Origin: an uncultured delta proteobacterium
GTDB lineage: Bacteria > Myxococcota > Myxococcia > SLRQ01
Direction: 5' to 3'
Assembly (NCBI GenBank): GCA_963727485.1
Contig: CAVSGM010000011.1
Span: 320,001 to 384,000 of the forward strand
DNA: 64,000 nt
The stretch's first letter is position 1. Each line of letters opens with the position of its first letter. A model generated the notes under the pieces. It saw only the letters and a program-made list of their open reading frames with translations, was not told where the DNA came from and made no database searches. Both the position numbers and the translations under genes were made by a program. This document shows positions 19,401-32,197 of the stretch, in pieces.

Positions 19401-20060
19401 CTCGGGGTCGAGGATCCCGTTGCCGTTGACGTCCGAGACCCGGGGGTCGGTGATGGTGGCGGGGGTGGGCATCTGGTCGGGACCCGCCGAGGTGTAGTCC
19501 CGGACGTTGAACACCCCGTCGCCGTTGGCGTCGTAGCTGGTGGCGCCGGCGGGCATGGGGAGCTCGCCGGGGTTGAGGCGCCACTTGTAGACCAGGTCCT
19601 GCTCGCTCCAGTGGAAGCCCGAGTCGAGGATGGCGAGGGTGACCGCCGGGTCGCCGGCGGTGAGCTGCCAGGCGGCGTCGGCGTGGATCCCGATGCCCAT
19701 GGCCGCCTCTTTGGCGGTGAGGTTCGAGGCGATCCCCGGCGGGGTGAACGACCAGAGGTTCCACTGGCCGGTGGCGTGGGTGGGGTCGCTGGTGTCGAAG
19801 CCGTACCCCGGGTCGTCGGGCCAGTTCGCCGGGTCGAGGAGGTCGGCGCTGGCCGAGGGGTTGGGCCAGCCCGGGTTCTGGGCGCCGGCGGTCCCGGGCG
19901 CCATCAGGCCCAGGGCCAGGAGCAGGGCGGCGAGGCCCAGGGGCCTAGCGATCCGGCTTCGGCGCCGGGTCGTCCGGGGCCGCGTCGGCTCGTGGGTCGC
20001 CTGGGTCGTCGGACCCTTCGTCGCCTGGGTGGCCAGGCTCTCCTTCGGGTGCCGCATCAT
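16485..20060 (-). CDS. Secreted S8 (subtilase) family peptidase with FG-GAP/VCBS repeats and a MYXO-CTERM-like anchor
   Basis: Signal peptide, ILDSG, DDDGNGYVDDICGWDF, HGTGEA, CSSEATG, about seven DLxGDG repeats, and C-terminal GCGCS...LLLLLGLRRRRRA. Confidence 0.85.
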   Translation of the reverse strand: MMRHPKESLATQATKGPTTQATHEPTRPRTTRRRSRIARPLGLAALLLALGLMAPGTAGAQNPGWPNPSASADLLDPANWPDDPGYGFDTSDPTHATGQWNLWSFTPPGIASNLTAKEAAMGIGIHADAAWQLTAGDPAVTLAILDSGFHWSEQDLVYKWRLNPGELPMPAGATSYDANGDGVFNVRDYTSAGPDQMPTPATITDPRVSDVNGNGILDPEDLIQIFSDGKDDDGNGYVDDICGWDFFHDDNDPYDQAKNGGEGYSHGTGEARDSAAQGNNGIGGIGVCPRCTILPLRASDSFVADVNHFAEAAIYATDNGASVIQEALGALDQNRFMQDAIDYAYDHGVLVVASAADERSYHHNFPGSAERTLEVGAMVYDKKPWTQATTFQNFNNCSNYGPHVVLRTPGEACSSEATGISAGEAGLVYSMAKKVGLSPPLSANEAYQLMTQSADDVDVVGSATDPTKFPSHQGFDRFFGYGRNDARRAVQMIRDDHIPPEALITAPLWFQTVSPTQPLVVKGHAAAARYAGTFDYTVEIAPGVDPKPSDFTQVAKKTGLSGPVDGTLATVDLSQFDAWSGPPTSPAQFQVTVRLRVTATDPSGQPVTGEYRKPFFVHRDDQLFKGFPLYLGSSGESSPRLADLNGDGKDEIVLGLSDGTVHAYEADGSELSGWPVHVETAPGVASHPDAPGFKALGDFHAAMIATVAVGDLDGDGHPEVVASTMGGKIWAFHADGAVVPGFPVGLDPANDQWRGYRPGADSTTANPTEDIHILDHGFLSSPVLADLDGDGRPEIIAAGMDGYLYAFNGDGTPHAGFPVEITQPGGTKVKGTLERMRARLISTPAVGDLKGDGGAEIVLGSDEDYGDGLGDTSRAYAVWGDGNAHAGGPYLPGWPVKLCCYGSILPFIGRGVPASPALVDVDGLPGEEAILHGTASTFGVYGANGTRQFSGKEAPFGANTNSTGSLALMSVNSGALIDLDGDGFPEYVDGALTAAALGGISGGVRHDFDQLVGAWSLDGTGDFLPAWPRVTEDLQLLDNYAGGDVDGDGKAEAIAGSGGYLLHAFPLDGIEPAGWPKHTGGWILATAALGDLDGDGKTDVVVPTRDGWLFAWHTKGSVKDIQWSGFHHDPGATGNWVTPLESRKVPEAPKPGGGGGTPGCGCSASSGSPGAGAFVLGGLLLLLGLRRRRRA

Positions 20061-20322
20061 CGGTCCTCCCCTCCGTCTCGGTCGGGTGCGCGGGCGGGGG
20101 GCTCTCCCCGGAACCGGCTTCGGTTGGCGTCTCCCCGTCCTCGAGGTCGTCGTCCTCGGCGAGGCGCGCCGACACCACCAGGTACACCGCGGCGTAGGCC
20201 ATCACCGCCACCACGGCGAGGAGGACATAGAGGAGCAGGATCGGGTGGGCCCAGAGCAGGGCGATGACCGCCACCACCGCCACCAGGAGCACGGTGGTGA
20301 TGACATGGGCCCGGACGTCCAC
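19945..20322 (-). CDS. Small membrane protein with acidic C-terminal tail
   Basis: Two strong TM segments (VLLVAVVAVIALLW; LLLYVLLAVVAVMAYAAVYLVV), then a D/E/P-rich tail that overlaps the subtilase 5' end. Confidence 0.5.
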   Translation of the reverse strand: MDVRAHVITTVLLVAVVAVIALLWAHPILLLYVLLAVVAVMAYAAVYLVVSARLAEDDDLEDGETPTEAGSGESPPPAHPTETEGRTDDAAPEGEPGHPGDEGSDDPGDPRADAAPDDPAPKPDR

Positions 20323-20500
20323 GCCCCCATCGGGGCGGGACGCGGGGCCCGGTCGGCCCAGTACGAGGCGGGGACGCATAGACGACGGAAGCTACCAGAG
20401 GGGCCGGGGAGGGTGCCACCGCGGCGGGGCGGGGCGGCGACCCCCGGGCCGCGGCGCCCGCCGTTGACAGGGGCCGGGCCCCGTAAGACCCTCTCGCCCG

Positions 20501-21454
20501 ATGGAGGTCTTCCGGAGCATGGACGAGGTCCGCGCCCCCGCGTCGGGGGTGGTCCTGGTCATCGGGAACTTCGACGGGGTGCACCTGGGCCACCAGGCCC
20601 TCTTCCGCCTCTGCCGGGAGCGCGCCGACGCCCGGGGCGCCGCCGCCTGGGCCATGACCTTCGATCCCCACCCCTCCCAGGTCCTGGCCCCGGACCTGGC
20701 GCCGCCCCTCATCACCGGCCTGGCGCGGCGCCTCGAGCTCATGGCCGACCGGGGCCTCGACGGGGCGGTGGTGCTCCACTTCACCCGGGCCTTCGCCGCC
20801 ACCGCGCCCAAGGACTTCGTCGCCCGCTGCGTGGTCCCCACCGGCGCCAAGGAGGTGGTGGTCGGCTACGACTTCTCCTTCGGCAAGGATCGCAAGGGGA
20901 CCCCGGAGGTCCTCGCGGCCCTCTGCGCCGACCACGGCATCCAGGTCCACGTGGTGCCGCCGGTGAAGATCCCCTCGGGGCTGGTGCCGAGCTCCACCAA
21001 GGTGCGCGAGTACGTCCTCGAGGGGCGGGTCGACGCCGCCGAGCGCCTCCTCGGGCGCCCCTTCGAGGTCGCCGGGCCGGTGGTCCACGGGGCCGGGCGG
21101 GGCGCCAGCCTCGGCTACCCCACCGCCAACGTCGCGGTGGAGGACGGCCTGCTCCCCAAGAGCGGGGTCTACGCGGTCACCGTGCGCCTCGAGGGCGAGG
21201 TGCGCCTGCGCCCCGGCGCCGCCAACGTCGGCTCCAACCCCACCTTCTCCGAGGGGGGCGACGTGCACCTCGAGGTCTTCGTCCTCGGCTGGGAGGGCGG
21301 GAGCCTCCACGGCCGGCGGATGCGCGTGGGCTTCGTGGAGCGCCTCCGGCCCGAGCAGCGCTTCCCCTCGGTGGACGCCCTCAAGGCCCGGATCGCCGAG
21401 GACGTCGCGGGGGCCATCCGGATCCTCGCCGACCGCGGCGTCGAGGCGGCTTGA
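20501..21454 (+). CDS. ribF: Bifunctional riboflavin kinase/FAD synthetase
   Basis: IGNFDGVHLGHQAL, TFDPHP, VVGYDFSFG, SSTKVR, GRGASLGYPTAN, NVGSNPTF, LRPEQRF. Confidence 0.96.
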   Translation: MEVFRSMDEVRAPASGVVLVIGNFDGVHLGHQALFRLCRERADARGAAAWAMTFDPHPSQVLAPDLAPPLITGLARRLELMADRGLDGAVVLHFTRAFAATAPKDFVARCVVPTGAKEVVVGYDFSFGKDRKGTPEVLAALCADHGIQVHVVPPVKIPSGLVPSSTKVREYVLEGRVDAAERLLGRPFEVAGPVVHGAGRGASLGYPTANVAVEDGLLPKSGVYAVTVRLEGEVRLRPGAANVGSNPTFSEGGDVHLEVFVLGWEGGSLHGRRMRVGFVERLRPEQRFPSVDALKARIAEDVAGAIRILADRGVEAA

Positions 21455-22317
21455 CCTCCTCTCTTACGCGGCTCTACGGGCTCCTGGGGCACCCCACCGG
21501 CCACTCGGTGTCGCCGGCGATGCAGACCGCGGCCTTCCGGCACCTGGGGCATGACGGGGTCTACGTGTGCTTCGACGTGGCGCCGGCGCGCCTGGAGCCG
21601 GCGCTCGCGGGCCTCGACGCCGCCGGGGCCCACGGCCTCAACGTCACCGTGCCCCACAAGGAGGCGGTGGCGGCGTGGGCGCCGAGGCTCACCGCCGTGG
21701 CCCGACGCGCCGGGGCGGTGAACACCCTGTGGCGCGACCGGGACGGCGGCCTGGTGGGGGACAACACCGACGTCCCCGGGCTCCGGGCCGTCCTCGACGA
21801 GGCGGGGATCGACGTCCGGGGCCGGGTGGCGGTGGTCCTCGGGGCCGGGGGGGCCGCCGCCGCCGCGGTCCTCGCCCTCGAGGGCGCCGGGGCCGCCCGG
21901 ATCCGCGTCGCCAACCGCACGGCGGCCCGGGCCGAGGCCCTGGTCCGGCGCCTCGCCGCCGCCGGGGTCGCCGCGCCCCTGGAGACCGGGCCCCTCGACG
22001 CCGGGGCCGGCGACGGGGCCGACCTGGTGATCCAGGCCACCTCCCTGGGCCTCGGGGGCGCCGGACGCCCGCCCCTGGACCTCGCCCGCCTGGGGCCCGG
22101 GGTCCCGGTGGTCGACCTGGTCTACGCCCACGGCGGCACGCCATTTCTGCGCGCCGCCCGGCGCCGGGGCCACCCGGGGGTGGACGGGCTCGCCCTCCTG
22201 GTGCACCAGGGGGCGCTGGCCTGTGAGCGCTTCACCGGCGATCCCGTGGACGCCGCGGGCCGGGCGGCGATGGCCCGGGCGGCCCGTCGGGCCCTGGCCC
22301 GGCACCGGAGTAGGTAA
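21451..22317 (+). CDS. aroE: Shikimate dehydrogenase
   Basis: TTG overlaps the ribF stop. GHPTGHSVSPAMQ, GLNVTVPHKE, GAVNTL, GDNTD, LGAGGAA, ANRT, DGLALLVHQG. Confidence 0.92.
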   Translation: MTSSLTRLYGLLGHPTGHSVSPAMQTAAFRHLGHDGVYVCFDVAPARLEPALAGLDAAGAHGLNVTVPHKEAVAAWAPRLTAVARRAGAVNTLWRDRDGGLVGDNTDVPGLRAVLDEAGIDVRGRVAVVLGAGGAAAAAVLALEGAGAARIRVANRTAARAEALVRRLAAAGVAAPLETGPLDAGAGDGADLVIQATSLGLGGAGRPPLDLARLGPGVPVVDLVYAHGGTPFLRAARRRGHPGVDGLALLVHQGALACERFTGDPVDAAGRAAMARAARRALARHRSR

Positions 22318-22381
22318 AGGTGGGACGGGTTTTTCCGAGCGGATCCGAAGGGATACGTAAGCGCTCCGCCAAGGCGATTCC

Positions 22382-22411
22382 TTGATCGGGCCCGCCCGAC
22401 CGCAGTACCAT
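22382..22411 (+). promoter_or_regulatory. Putative sigma70-type promoter of pilBTC
   Basis: TTGATC-N18-TACCAT upstream of the GGGAG RBS and the pilB ATG. Confidence 0.4.
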
Positions 22412-22445
22412 TTGCCCTCGCATCCCACTCCACGCGGGAGAACGC

Positions 22446-24144
<1,699 letters not shown>

Positions 24145-24162
24145 TCCGAGCAAGGGGAACAC

Positions 24163-25284
24163 TTGGCGAATCTGCACCAGCTTCTCAAGGCGATGGTCGA
24201 GAAGGGGGCCTCCGACCTCCACATCACCACGGGGTCTCCGCCCCAGCTGCGCATCGACGGCAAGCTGGTGCCCCTGAAGACGGCGCCGCTCACCCCGGTG
24301 GAGACCAAGCAGCTGTGCTACTCCATCCTCACCGACGCCCAGAAGCACCGGTTCGAGGAGGACAACGAGCTCGACCTCTCCTTCGGGGTCAAGGGGCTGT
24401 CCCGGTTCCGCTCCAACATCTTCATGCAGCGGGGCGCGGTCTCCGGCGCCTTCCGGACCATCCCCTTCAAGATCCTCACCTTCGCGGAGCTGGGGCTGCC
24501 GCCGGTGGTCTCCGAGCTCTCCAAGCGCCCCCGGGGGATGGTGCTGGTCACCGGGCCCACCGGCTCGGGCAAGTCCACGACCCTGGCGTCGATCATCGAC
24601 AAGATCAACACCGAGCGCCACGAGCACATCCTCACCATCGAGGACCCCATCGAGTACCTCCACCCGCACAAGAACTGCGTGGTGAACCAGCGCGAGGTCG
24701 GGGCCGACACCGTGTCGTTCAAGAAGGCGCTCAAGTACGTCCTCCGGCAGGACCCGGACGTGGTCCTCGTCGGCGAGATGCGTGACCTCGAGACCATCGA
24801 GGCGGCCCTCACCATCTCCGAGACCGGTCACCTCTGCTTCGCCACCCTCCACACCAACTCGGCGGTGCAGACCATCAACCGGATCATCGACGTGTTTCCC
24901 CCGTACCAGCAGCCGCAGGTGCGGGCGCAGCTCTCCTTCGTCCTCGAGGGAGTGATGAGCCAGTCCCTGATGCCCCGGGCCTCGGGCCCCGGCCGGGTGC
25001 TGGCCATCGAGGTGATGATCCCCAACCCCGCCATCCGGAACCTCGTCCGCGAGGACAAGGTCCACCAGGTCTACTCGCAGATGCAGGTGGGGCAGACGAA
25101 GTTCGGGATGCAGACCCTCAACCAGGCCCTGGTCGATCTCTTCCAGCGTCGGATGATCTCCATGGAGGACGCCCTGGGGCGCTCCAGCGATCCCGAGGAG
25201 CTCAAGCAGATGATCGCCAGTGGCACCAACACCTTGAGGCGCCCGGGGGCGCCCGGCGGCCCCCAGCGGCCCCAGCAGCGATAG
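24163..25284 (+). CDS. pilT: Type IV pilus retraction ATPase PilT
   Basis: ASDLH, GPTGSGKST, TIEDPIE, LRQDPD, ETGHL, TLHTN, AIRNLVRE, GMQTL. Confidence 0.97.
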   Translation: MANLHQLLKAMVEKGASDLHITTGSPPQLRIDGKLVPLKTAPLTPVETKQLCYSILTDAQKHRFEEDNELDLSFGVKGLSRFRSNIFMQRGAVSGAFRTIPFKILTFAELGLPPVVSELSKRPRGMVLVTGPTGSGKSTTLASIIDKINTERHEHILTIEDPIEYLHPHKNCVVNQREVGADTVSFKKALKYVLRQDPDVVLVGEMRDLETIEAALTISETGHLCFATLHTNSAVQTINRIIDVFPPYQQPQVRAQLSFVLEGVMSQSLMPRASGPGRVLAIEVMIPNPAIRNLVREDKVHQVYSQMQVGQTKFGMQTLNQALVDLFQRRMISMEDALGRSSDPEELKQMIASGTNTLRRPGAPGGPQRPQQR

Positions 25285-25323
25285 CGCGACGCCCCCCGAG
25301 GCGACGCAGCGGAGGTAACCGAC

Positions 25324-26555
25324 GTGGCGACTGCAACTGCAAAGAAGCTCCCCATCTGGGTCTGGGAGGCCAAGACCCGGGCCGGTGAGGTCAAGAAGGG
25401 CGAGATGGAGGCCAGCGACAAGTCCTCCGTCGAGGCCCGGCTTCGCCAGATGGGGATGAACCCGGCGAAGATCAAGAAGAAGCCCGTCGAGATCAACATC
25501 CGCCTCCCCGGGAGCACCGGGGTGAAGCGCAAGGATCTCGTGGTCTTCACCCGGCAGTTCGCCACCATGATCGACGCCGGCCTGCCCCTGGTGCAGTGCC
25601 TGGAGATCCTGGGGACCCAGAGCCCGAACCCGGTGTTCCGGGGCATCATCAAGTCGGTGAAGGAGAAGGTCGAGTCGGGGGCCACCCTCGCCGACGGGCT
25701 CGCCGAGCACCCCAAGGTCTTCGACGAGCTCTACTGCGAGCTGGTCCGGGCCGGCGAGGTCGGCGGCATCCTCGATACCATCCTCAACCGGTTGGCGGCC
25801 TACATCGAGAACGCCGACAAGCTGGTCCGCAAGGTGAAGGGCGCCCTGACCTACCCGGTCATCGTCCTCCTGGTGGCCATCGGCGTCACCGCCCTCCTGC
25901 TGATCAAGGTCGTGCCGGTCTTCGAGAAGATGTTCAAGGACTTCGGGAGCGCCCTGCCGGGCCCCGACCCAGATGATCGTGAACATGTCCCACTTCGCCC
26001 GGGACAACTTCTGGTACGCGACCGCCCTCATCGTGGTGGTGGTGGTGGCGTTCAAGCTCATCACCGCCAACCCCAAGGGCCGCTACTACTGGGACCTCAT
26101 CAAGCTCAAGGCCCCGATGTTCGGCGATCTCATCCAGAAGACGGCGGTCGCCCGGTTCACCCGGACGCTCGGCACCATGATTCTCCTCGGGCGTCGCCAT
26201 CCTCGACGCCCTCGACGTCTGTGCCAAGTCCGCCGGCAACAAGCTGGTGGAGGAGGCCATCGGGAAGGTTCGAACTGGGATCAGCGAGGGCAAGACCATC
26301 GTCCAGCCCCTCTCCCAGGAGAAGGTCTTCCCCCAGATGGTGGTCCAGATGATTGGCGTCGGCGAGGCCACCGGCGCCATGGACCAGATGCTCCAGAAGA
26401 TCGCCGACTTCTACGACGACGAGGTCGACCAGTCGGTCGGCTCCCTCACCGCGATGATCGAGCCGCTGATGATGGTCTTCCTCGGCTTCGTGGTCGGCGG
26501 CTTCCTCATCGGCATGTACCTGCCGATCTTCACCCTGGCAGGCGCCGTCAAGTAG
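25324..26555 (+). CDS. pilC: Type IV pilus inner-membrane platform protein PilC; two apparent +1 frameshifts (about 25960 and 26181)
   Basis: FTRQFATMIDAGLPL, GEVGGILD, KVKGALTYP; ARFTRTLGTM; QMIGVGEATGAMDQML...IEPLMMV...MYLPIF. The protein is spread over three frames. Confidence 0.93.
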
Positions 26556-26586
26556 GCACAGCGCCGGCTGCGCCCGGCCGTCCCCC

Positions 26587-28238
26587 ATGGCCGAACCGTC
26601 CCGGGAGCAGGCGGATCTCTACCGCAAGCTCGTCTGGGTCACCTTCTTCCGGGTGGCGATCATCACCGTCCTCCTCGGGGCGACGGCGGTGCTCACCTTC
26701 ACCGAGCGTGACTCCCTCACCAGCCCGGTCCAGGACCTGCTCTACCGGCTGACGGTCTTCGTCTACCTGGCGTCGCTGGCCTACCTGCTGGTCCTCCGGG
26801 TGGGGCGGCCCCGGCACTACCCGGCGCTGGCCTACGTCCAGGTCTTCGGCGACGTGGCCCTGGCGACCTTCCTGGTCTGGGTCACCGGCGGCGCCGACAG
26901 CATCTTCTCGTTCCTCTACAGCCTCGCCGTCATCAACGCCGCCATCCTCGTCTACCGCCGGGGGGCCGCCATCGCCGCCGCCATGTCCGCGATGGCGTAC
27001 GTGGGGCTCACGGTCGGCCTGAACGCGCGGTGGCTGCCCCCGGCGGCCCCTTACCTGGGCCAGCCCCACCTGACCACCGCCAGGCTGGTGTTCAACACCA
27101 CGATCATCGGCGGGGCCTTCTTCCTGGTCGCCGCCCTCGCCAGCTACCTGACCGAGCAGGTTCGTCAGACCGGCGCCCGGCTCTCGGTGGCCGAGGAGGA
27201 CTTCGCGGCCCTCGCCGTCCTCCACGAGCGCATCGTCCAGTCCGTCGCCTCGGGCATCCTCACCGTCGACGGCGCCGAGCGGGTCACCTTCGTGAACCGG
27301 ACGGGCGAGGAGCTCCTGGGCCGGTCCCTGCGGTCCCTGCGGCACCAGGGGCTCCCGGAGGTGTTTCCCGAGCTTGGGGCCGCCCTCGGCGCGGAAGAAT
27401 CCTCCGGCTCACACCGGGGCGAGGTGGCCTTCACCCGGGACGGCGAGCGCCGGACCCTGGGCTTCACCGTCTCCCCACTCTCGGCGCCGGACGGAGACGC
27501 CCGGGGCCGGGTGGTGGTGTTCCAGGACCTCACCGGTCTGCGCCGGATGGAGCTGCTGGTCCAGCGCAACGAGCGCCTGGCGGCGGTGGGCTCCCTGGCC
27601 GCGGGCCTCGCCCACGAGCTGCGCAACCCCCTGGCCTCGGTGAGTGGTTCGGTGGATCTCCTGCGCCAGAGCCTCCCCGACGGAGCCACCGAGCGCCAGC
27701 TCATGGCCATCGTCCTTCGGGAGACCGATCGCCTGGACGGACTCATCACCGACTTCCTCTCCTTCGCCCACCCCACGCCCCCGAGCTTCGCCGAGGTCCC
27801 CGTCGCCAGGCTCCTCGGCGAGACGATGGAGATCTTCCGCCACGATCCGTCGGTGGCGAAGGCCGTGCTCGAGGTGGACGTGCCCGACGAGCTGCGCGCC
27901 TGGTGCGACGAGGGGCAGGTGCGCCAGGTCATCCTCAATCTCCTGATCAACGCGGTGCAGGCCACCGGCGGTGAGGGCCACATCCAGGTGCTCGCTCGAG
28001 CCGAGGATCCCCACACCCTGATCTCGGTGGCCGACGACGGACCGGGGATCGACCCCGAGCTCGCCGCGCAGATCTTCGACCCCTTCTTCACCACCAAGGA
28101 GCGGGGCACCGGCCTCGGCCTGGCCCTGGTCCACCGCATCATCGAGGCCCACGGGGGCCGGGTGGAGGTGGAGAGCAGCCCGGGTCGCGGCAGCCGGTTC
28201 CAGGTGCGCCTGGTGGCCCGGCCCCCGTCCGGCGCGGT

Positions 28239-28242
<4 letters not shown>
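26587..28242 (+). CDS. pilS: Two-component sensor histidine kinase PilS
   Basis: About six N-terminal TM helices, PAS domain, AHELRNPL, NLLINA, DDGPGI, FFTTKERGTGLGL. Lies between pilC and pilR. Confidence 0.9.
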
Positions 28243-29615
<1,373 letters not shown>

Positions 29616-29642
29616 CGGCCCCCGGGCCCACCCAATCGGCGA

Positions 29643-31485
29643 TCAGGGCTGGGGGTCCGGGACGATCTGAACCGTGACCGTGCCCTGGGCCGTCGCCGAT
29701 CCGCTCTGGCCAGCCGAGATTCTGGCTGACGCTGGTCGCGGCATCGAGGTGCACGAGGATGCTTCCCGGAGGGGCCTGGTTGCCCGGGGCGTAGCCCGTG
29801 CCCGGGAGGCTGCTGGTGGCGGAGCCGTCGGGCGTGCCGCTGGGCCAGAGGTTGATACCCCCGGCGCTGCCGCTGAGGTGGGCGCTCGCCTGGCCCGAGG
29901 TGCTGGGGGTGCCGCCGGTCCAGGTCACCTTGACCAGCGAGGGGCCGCGCATGTGGTCGACGTCGATGGAGAAGTCCGCCCCCGAGCCGCCCTGGCCAAG
30001 GCTGGAGTAGGCGTAGACCGACTCGGTGAGGTTGTTCACCGTCGCCGAGCTCTGGAGGCTCAGGCTCAAGCTGACGGTGTTGTTCCCCGACCCCACGTTC
30101 ACCGAGAGAGACGAGCTGGCAGTGGCCCTCGGCGCGGAGGCCGAGGCGGAGACCTGCTGGGAGGTCCCCACGGTGGAGGCGGAGGGCGGCTCCACGTCGT
30201 CGTTGCTGGTGGCCGTCGCGCCGGTGCCGGGGTTGTTGACCGCGTGAGCGGCCAGGCTCTGGGCGGGCAGCTCGAAGCCGGTGACCACCGGAGGCACACA
30301 GGTGGCGGCGTCGGCCTTCACGTCAGCGGCCGACGGAGAGGTGATGCCCAGCGAGGGCAGCGCCTGCATCAGGTCGTCGAGCTTCTGGGTGCCCGCGTCG
30401 TAGCGGGCCGCGTCGCAGTCCTGGTCGGCCAGGGTGTGGATGTCGTCGATGAGGGTGGCGGCGAGGCTGCTGGGATCGATCACGCTCCCACCCTGGAGCA
30501 CCGCGGGGAAGGCGGCGGCGATGGCCTCCGCCGCGTGGAGGGGCGGAACCAGGGCCAGGAAGTCACTGTAGATCCGCGCCTGCTGGAGCTGGAGTTGGAG
30601 CAGGCGCATCAGGGTGGCGAAGATCCGGGTCCCGGCGGTGCTCACGGCGGCGCCCTCGGAGGGGTGGCCAGCGGCGCTGATCATCTGGCCGAGGACCAGG
30701 GCCCCCAGGGCATCGGAGGCGGTGGGGTTGGTGTTGCTGGTGGCGGCGTCGTTGAAGTCGGAGATCGCCTGCTGAAGCGACTGCCTCAAGCGGGTCGACA
30801 CGGCGGTGAGGCCCAGGGCGTCGGCCCGCACCCAGAGCCGCACCAGGGCCTCGACCTGGAGGCGCGTCGGGGGGATGGCCAGGTTGGCCTCGAGGTCGGT
30901 GGCGGCCCGGGTCACCAGGTTCGCGCTGATCGGCGCCACCACGTAGGTGCTGAAGTGGTGGAGGGGGACGGTGAAGCTGCTGCCGGTCCGGCCATCGGCC
31001 TCGGGGACGAAGAGGTCCGTGGTCGGGTCCACCTGGGTCACCGTGGCGGAGACGTCGGCCGCGGCGCCGGTCTTCACCTCCAGGGTGACCGGCTGGAGGA
31101 AGAGCGTGCCCTCGGGCCCGAGCTGCGCCCCCACCTGCCAGGGCGCCGAGGCGCCATCGACGGTGACGCCGGTCAAGGGCGTCAGGGTGATGTCGGTCGC
31201 CGTGTAGAGGGCGCCCGCCGGGACGGTGAGGGTGTAGGTCGTGCCGCCGGGACCGGTGGCGGTGAGGGTGCCACCGGTGGCGTCGACGGTCGCGGTCTGG
31301 GCGTCGGCGGTGTCGACGGTGAAGGCGGTGACCACCGGACCGGTCTTGCCGGTCTGGGTGCCTCCGTCGGAACCCGAGGTGCTCCCGCCGTCGGTCCCCC
31401 CGCCGGTCTGGGGCGGCGCCGCGCTGCAGCCGGCGACCAGGAGCACGCAGAACAAGATGAGTGAGCGAAGCGAGGTCCTGACCAT
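29643..31485 (-). CDS. Lipoprotein with ZU5-like domain (HFS motif), helical middle and Ser/Thr-rich beta C-terminus; probable frameshift near 29715
   Basis: Lipobox LVAGC. GGTLT...LTVPAGAL...LGPEGTLFLQPVTL...HHFSTYVV. The alternative frame gives GQSGSATAQGTVTVQIVPDPQP* ending at 29643, which avoids overlap with pilR. Confidence 0.65.
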
Positions 31486-31624
31486 GGCTCTTCCTCCCGG
31501 CAGATGGCCGACGCGATGGATCGGCTCGTGAGAGTAGGTCAGACGAAAGACGCCGACAACGCTACGCGTGCCGGCGCCTCGTGCCTGTGCGGTGGATCAC
31601 AGGCCTGCGATTGCTCGGAGGGTG

Positions 31625-32182
31625 TCAGGAGTTGGGCGCGATGGTGAACTTGCCGCTGCTCACCTCGATGACCCCTGGCAGTCTCCCCATCCGCTGCGCC
31701 ACCAGGCTGAAGGTGCCGGTGAGCTTGCCGGGCTCGGTCTCGGTGATGTGCGCCGAGCCCTTGGTCATCGCGTAGCGGACGCCCTGCACCTCGATCAGGG
31801 CCGAGCCCAGGCGCCAGGTTCCCACGTGACCCAGGAGGATGAGGGTGATGCTGGTCTCGCCGGTGTTCGACTGCACGTAGACGCGGTACTGCTCCATCCC
31901 CCGGTCCAGGACCAGCTTGCCGAGGTGCGTGGTGCGGCTCTCCTCGATACTTAGGAGGCGGCCGTCCACGTTGGCGCTGACCTGGCCCTTCCCGTTGCTC
32001 GTGGGCACCCGGGCCAGGGCCTCGGCGGCGAGCGAGAGGGGCGGGAGCTTGTCTCCAATCGCTGGTTGGAGCAGCCCGGTGGTGCCGCCGACCTCGGGGC
32101 GGACCGGTGTCGGTCCCGCGCCCAGGGCGAGGAGTCCGAGGAGGGGCAGGGCGGAGAGAAGCCTGGGAATGCGGTAGGTCAT
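31625..32182 (-). CDS. Exported hypothetical protein downstream of pilY1
   Basis: GGGAG RBS, N-terminal signal peptide, beta-rich body (ITETEPGKLTGTFSLVA...IEVSSGKF). Confidence 0.65.
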   Translation of the reverse strand: MTYRIPRLLSALPLLGLLALGAGPTPVRPEVGGTTGLLQPAIGDKLPPLSLAAEALARVPTSNGKGQVSANVDGRLLSIEESRTTHLGKLVLDRGMEQYRVYVQSNTGETSITLILLGHVGTWRLGSALIEVQGVRYAMTKGSAHITETEPGKLTGTFSLVAQRMGRLPGVIEVSSGKFTIAPNS

Positions 32183-32197
32183 TTCGGTCTCCCTTGC

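Noticed and set aside
31539..32197. C-terminal extension of PilY1 in the 1725-aa ORF
   Set aside because: It is out-of-frame read-through after the indel near 32605. The region encodes a separate exported protein with its own RBS.
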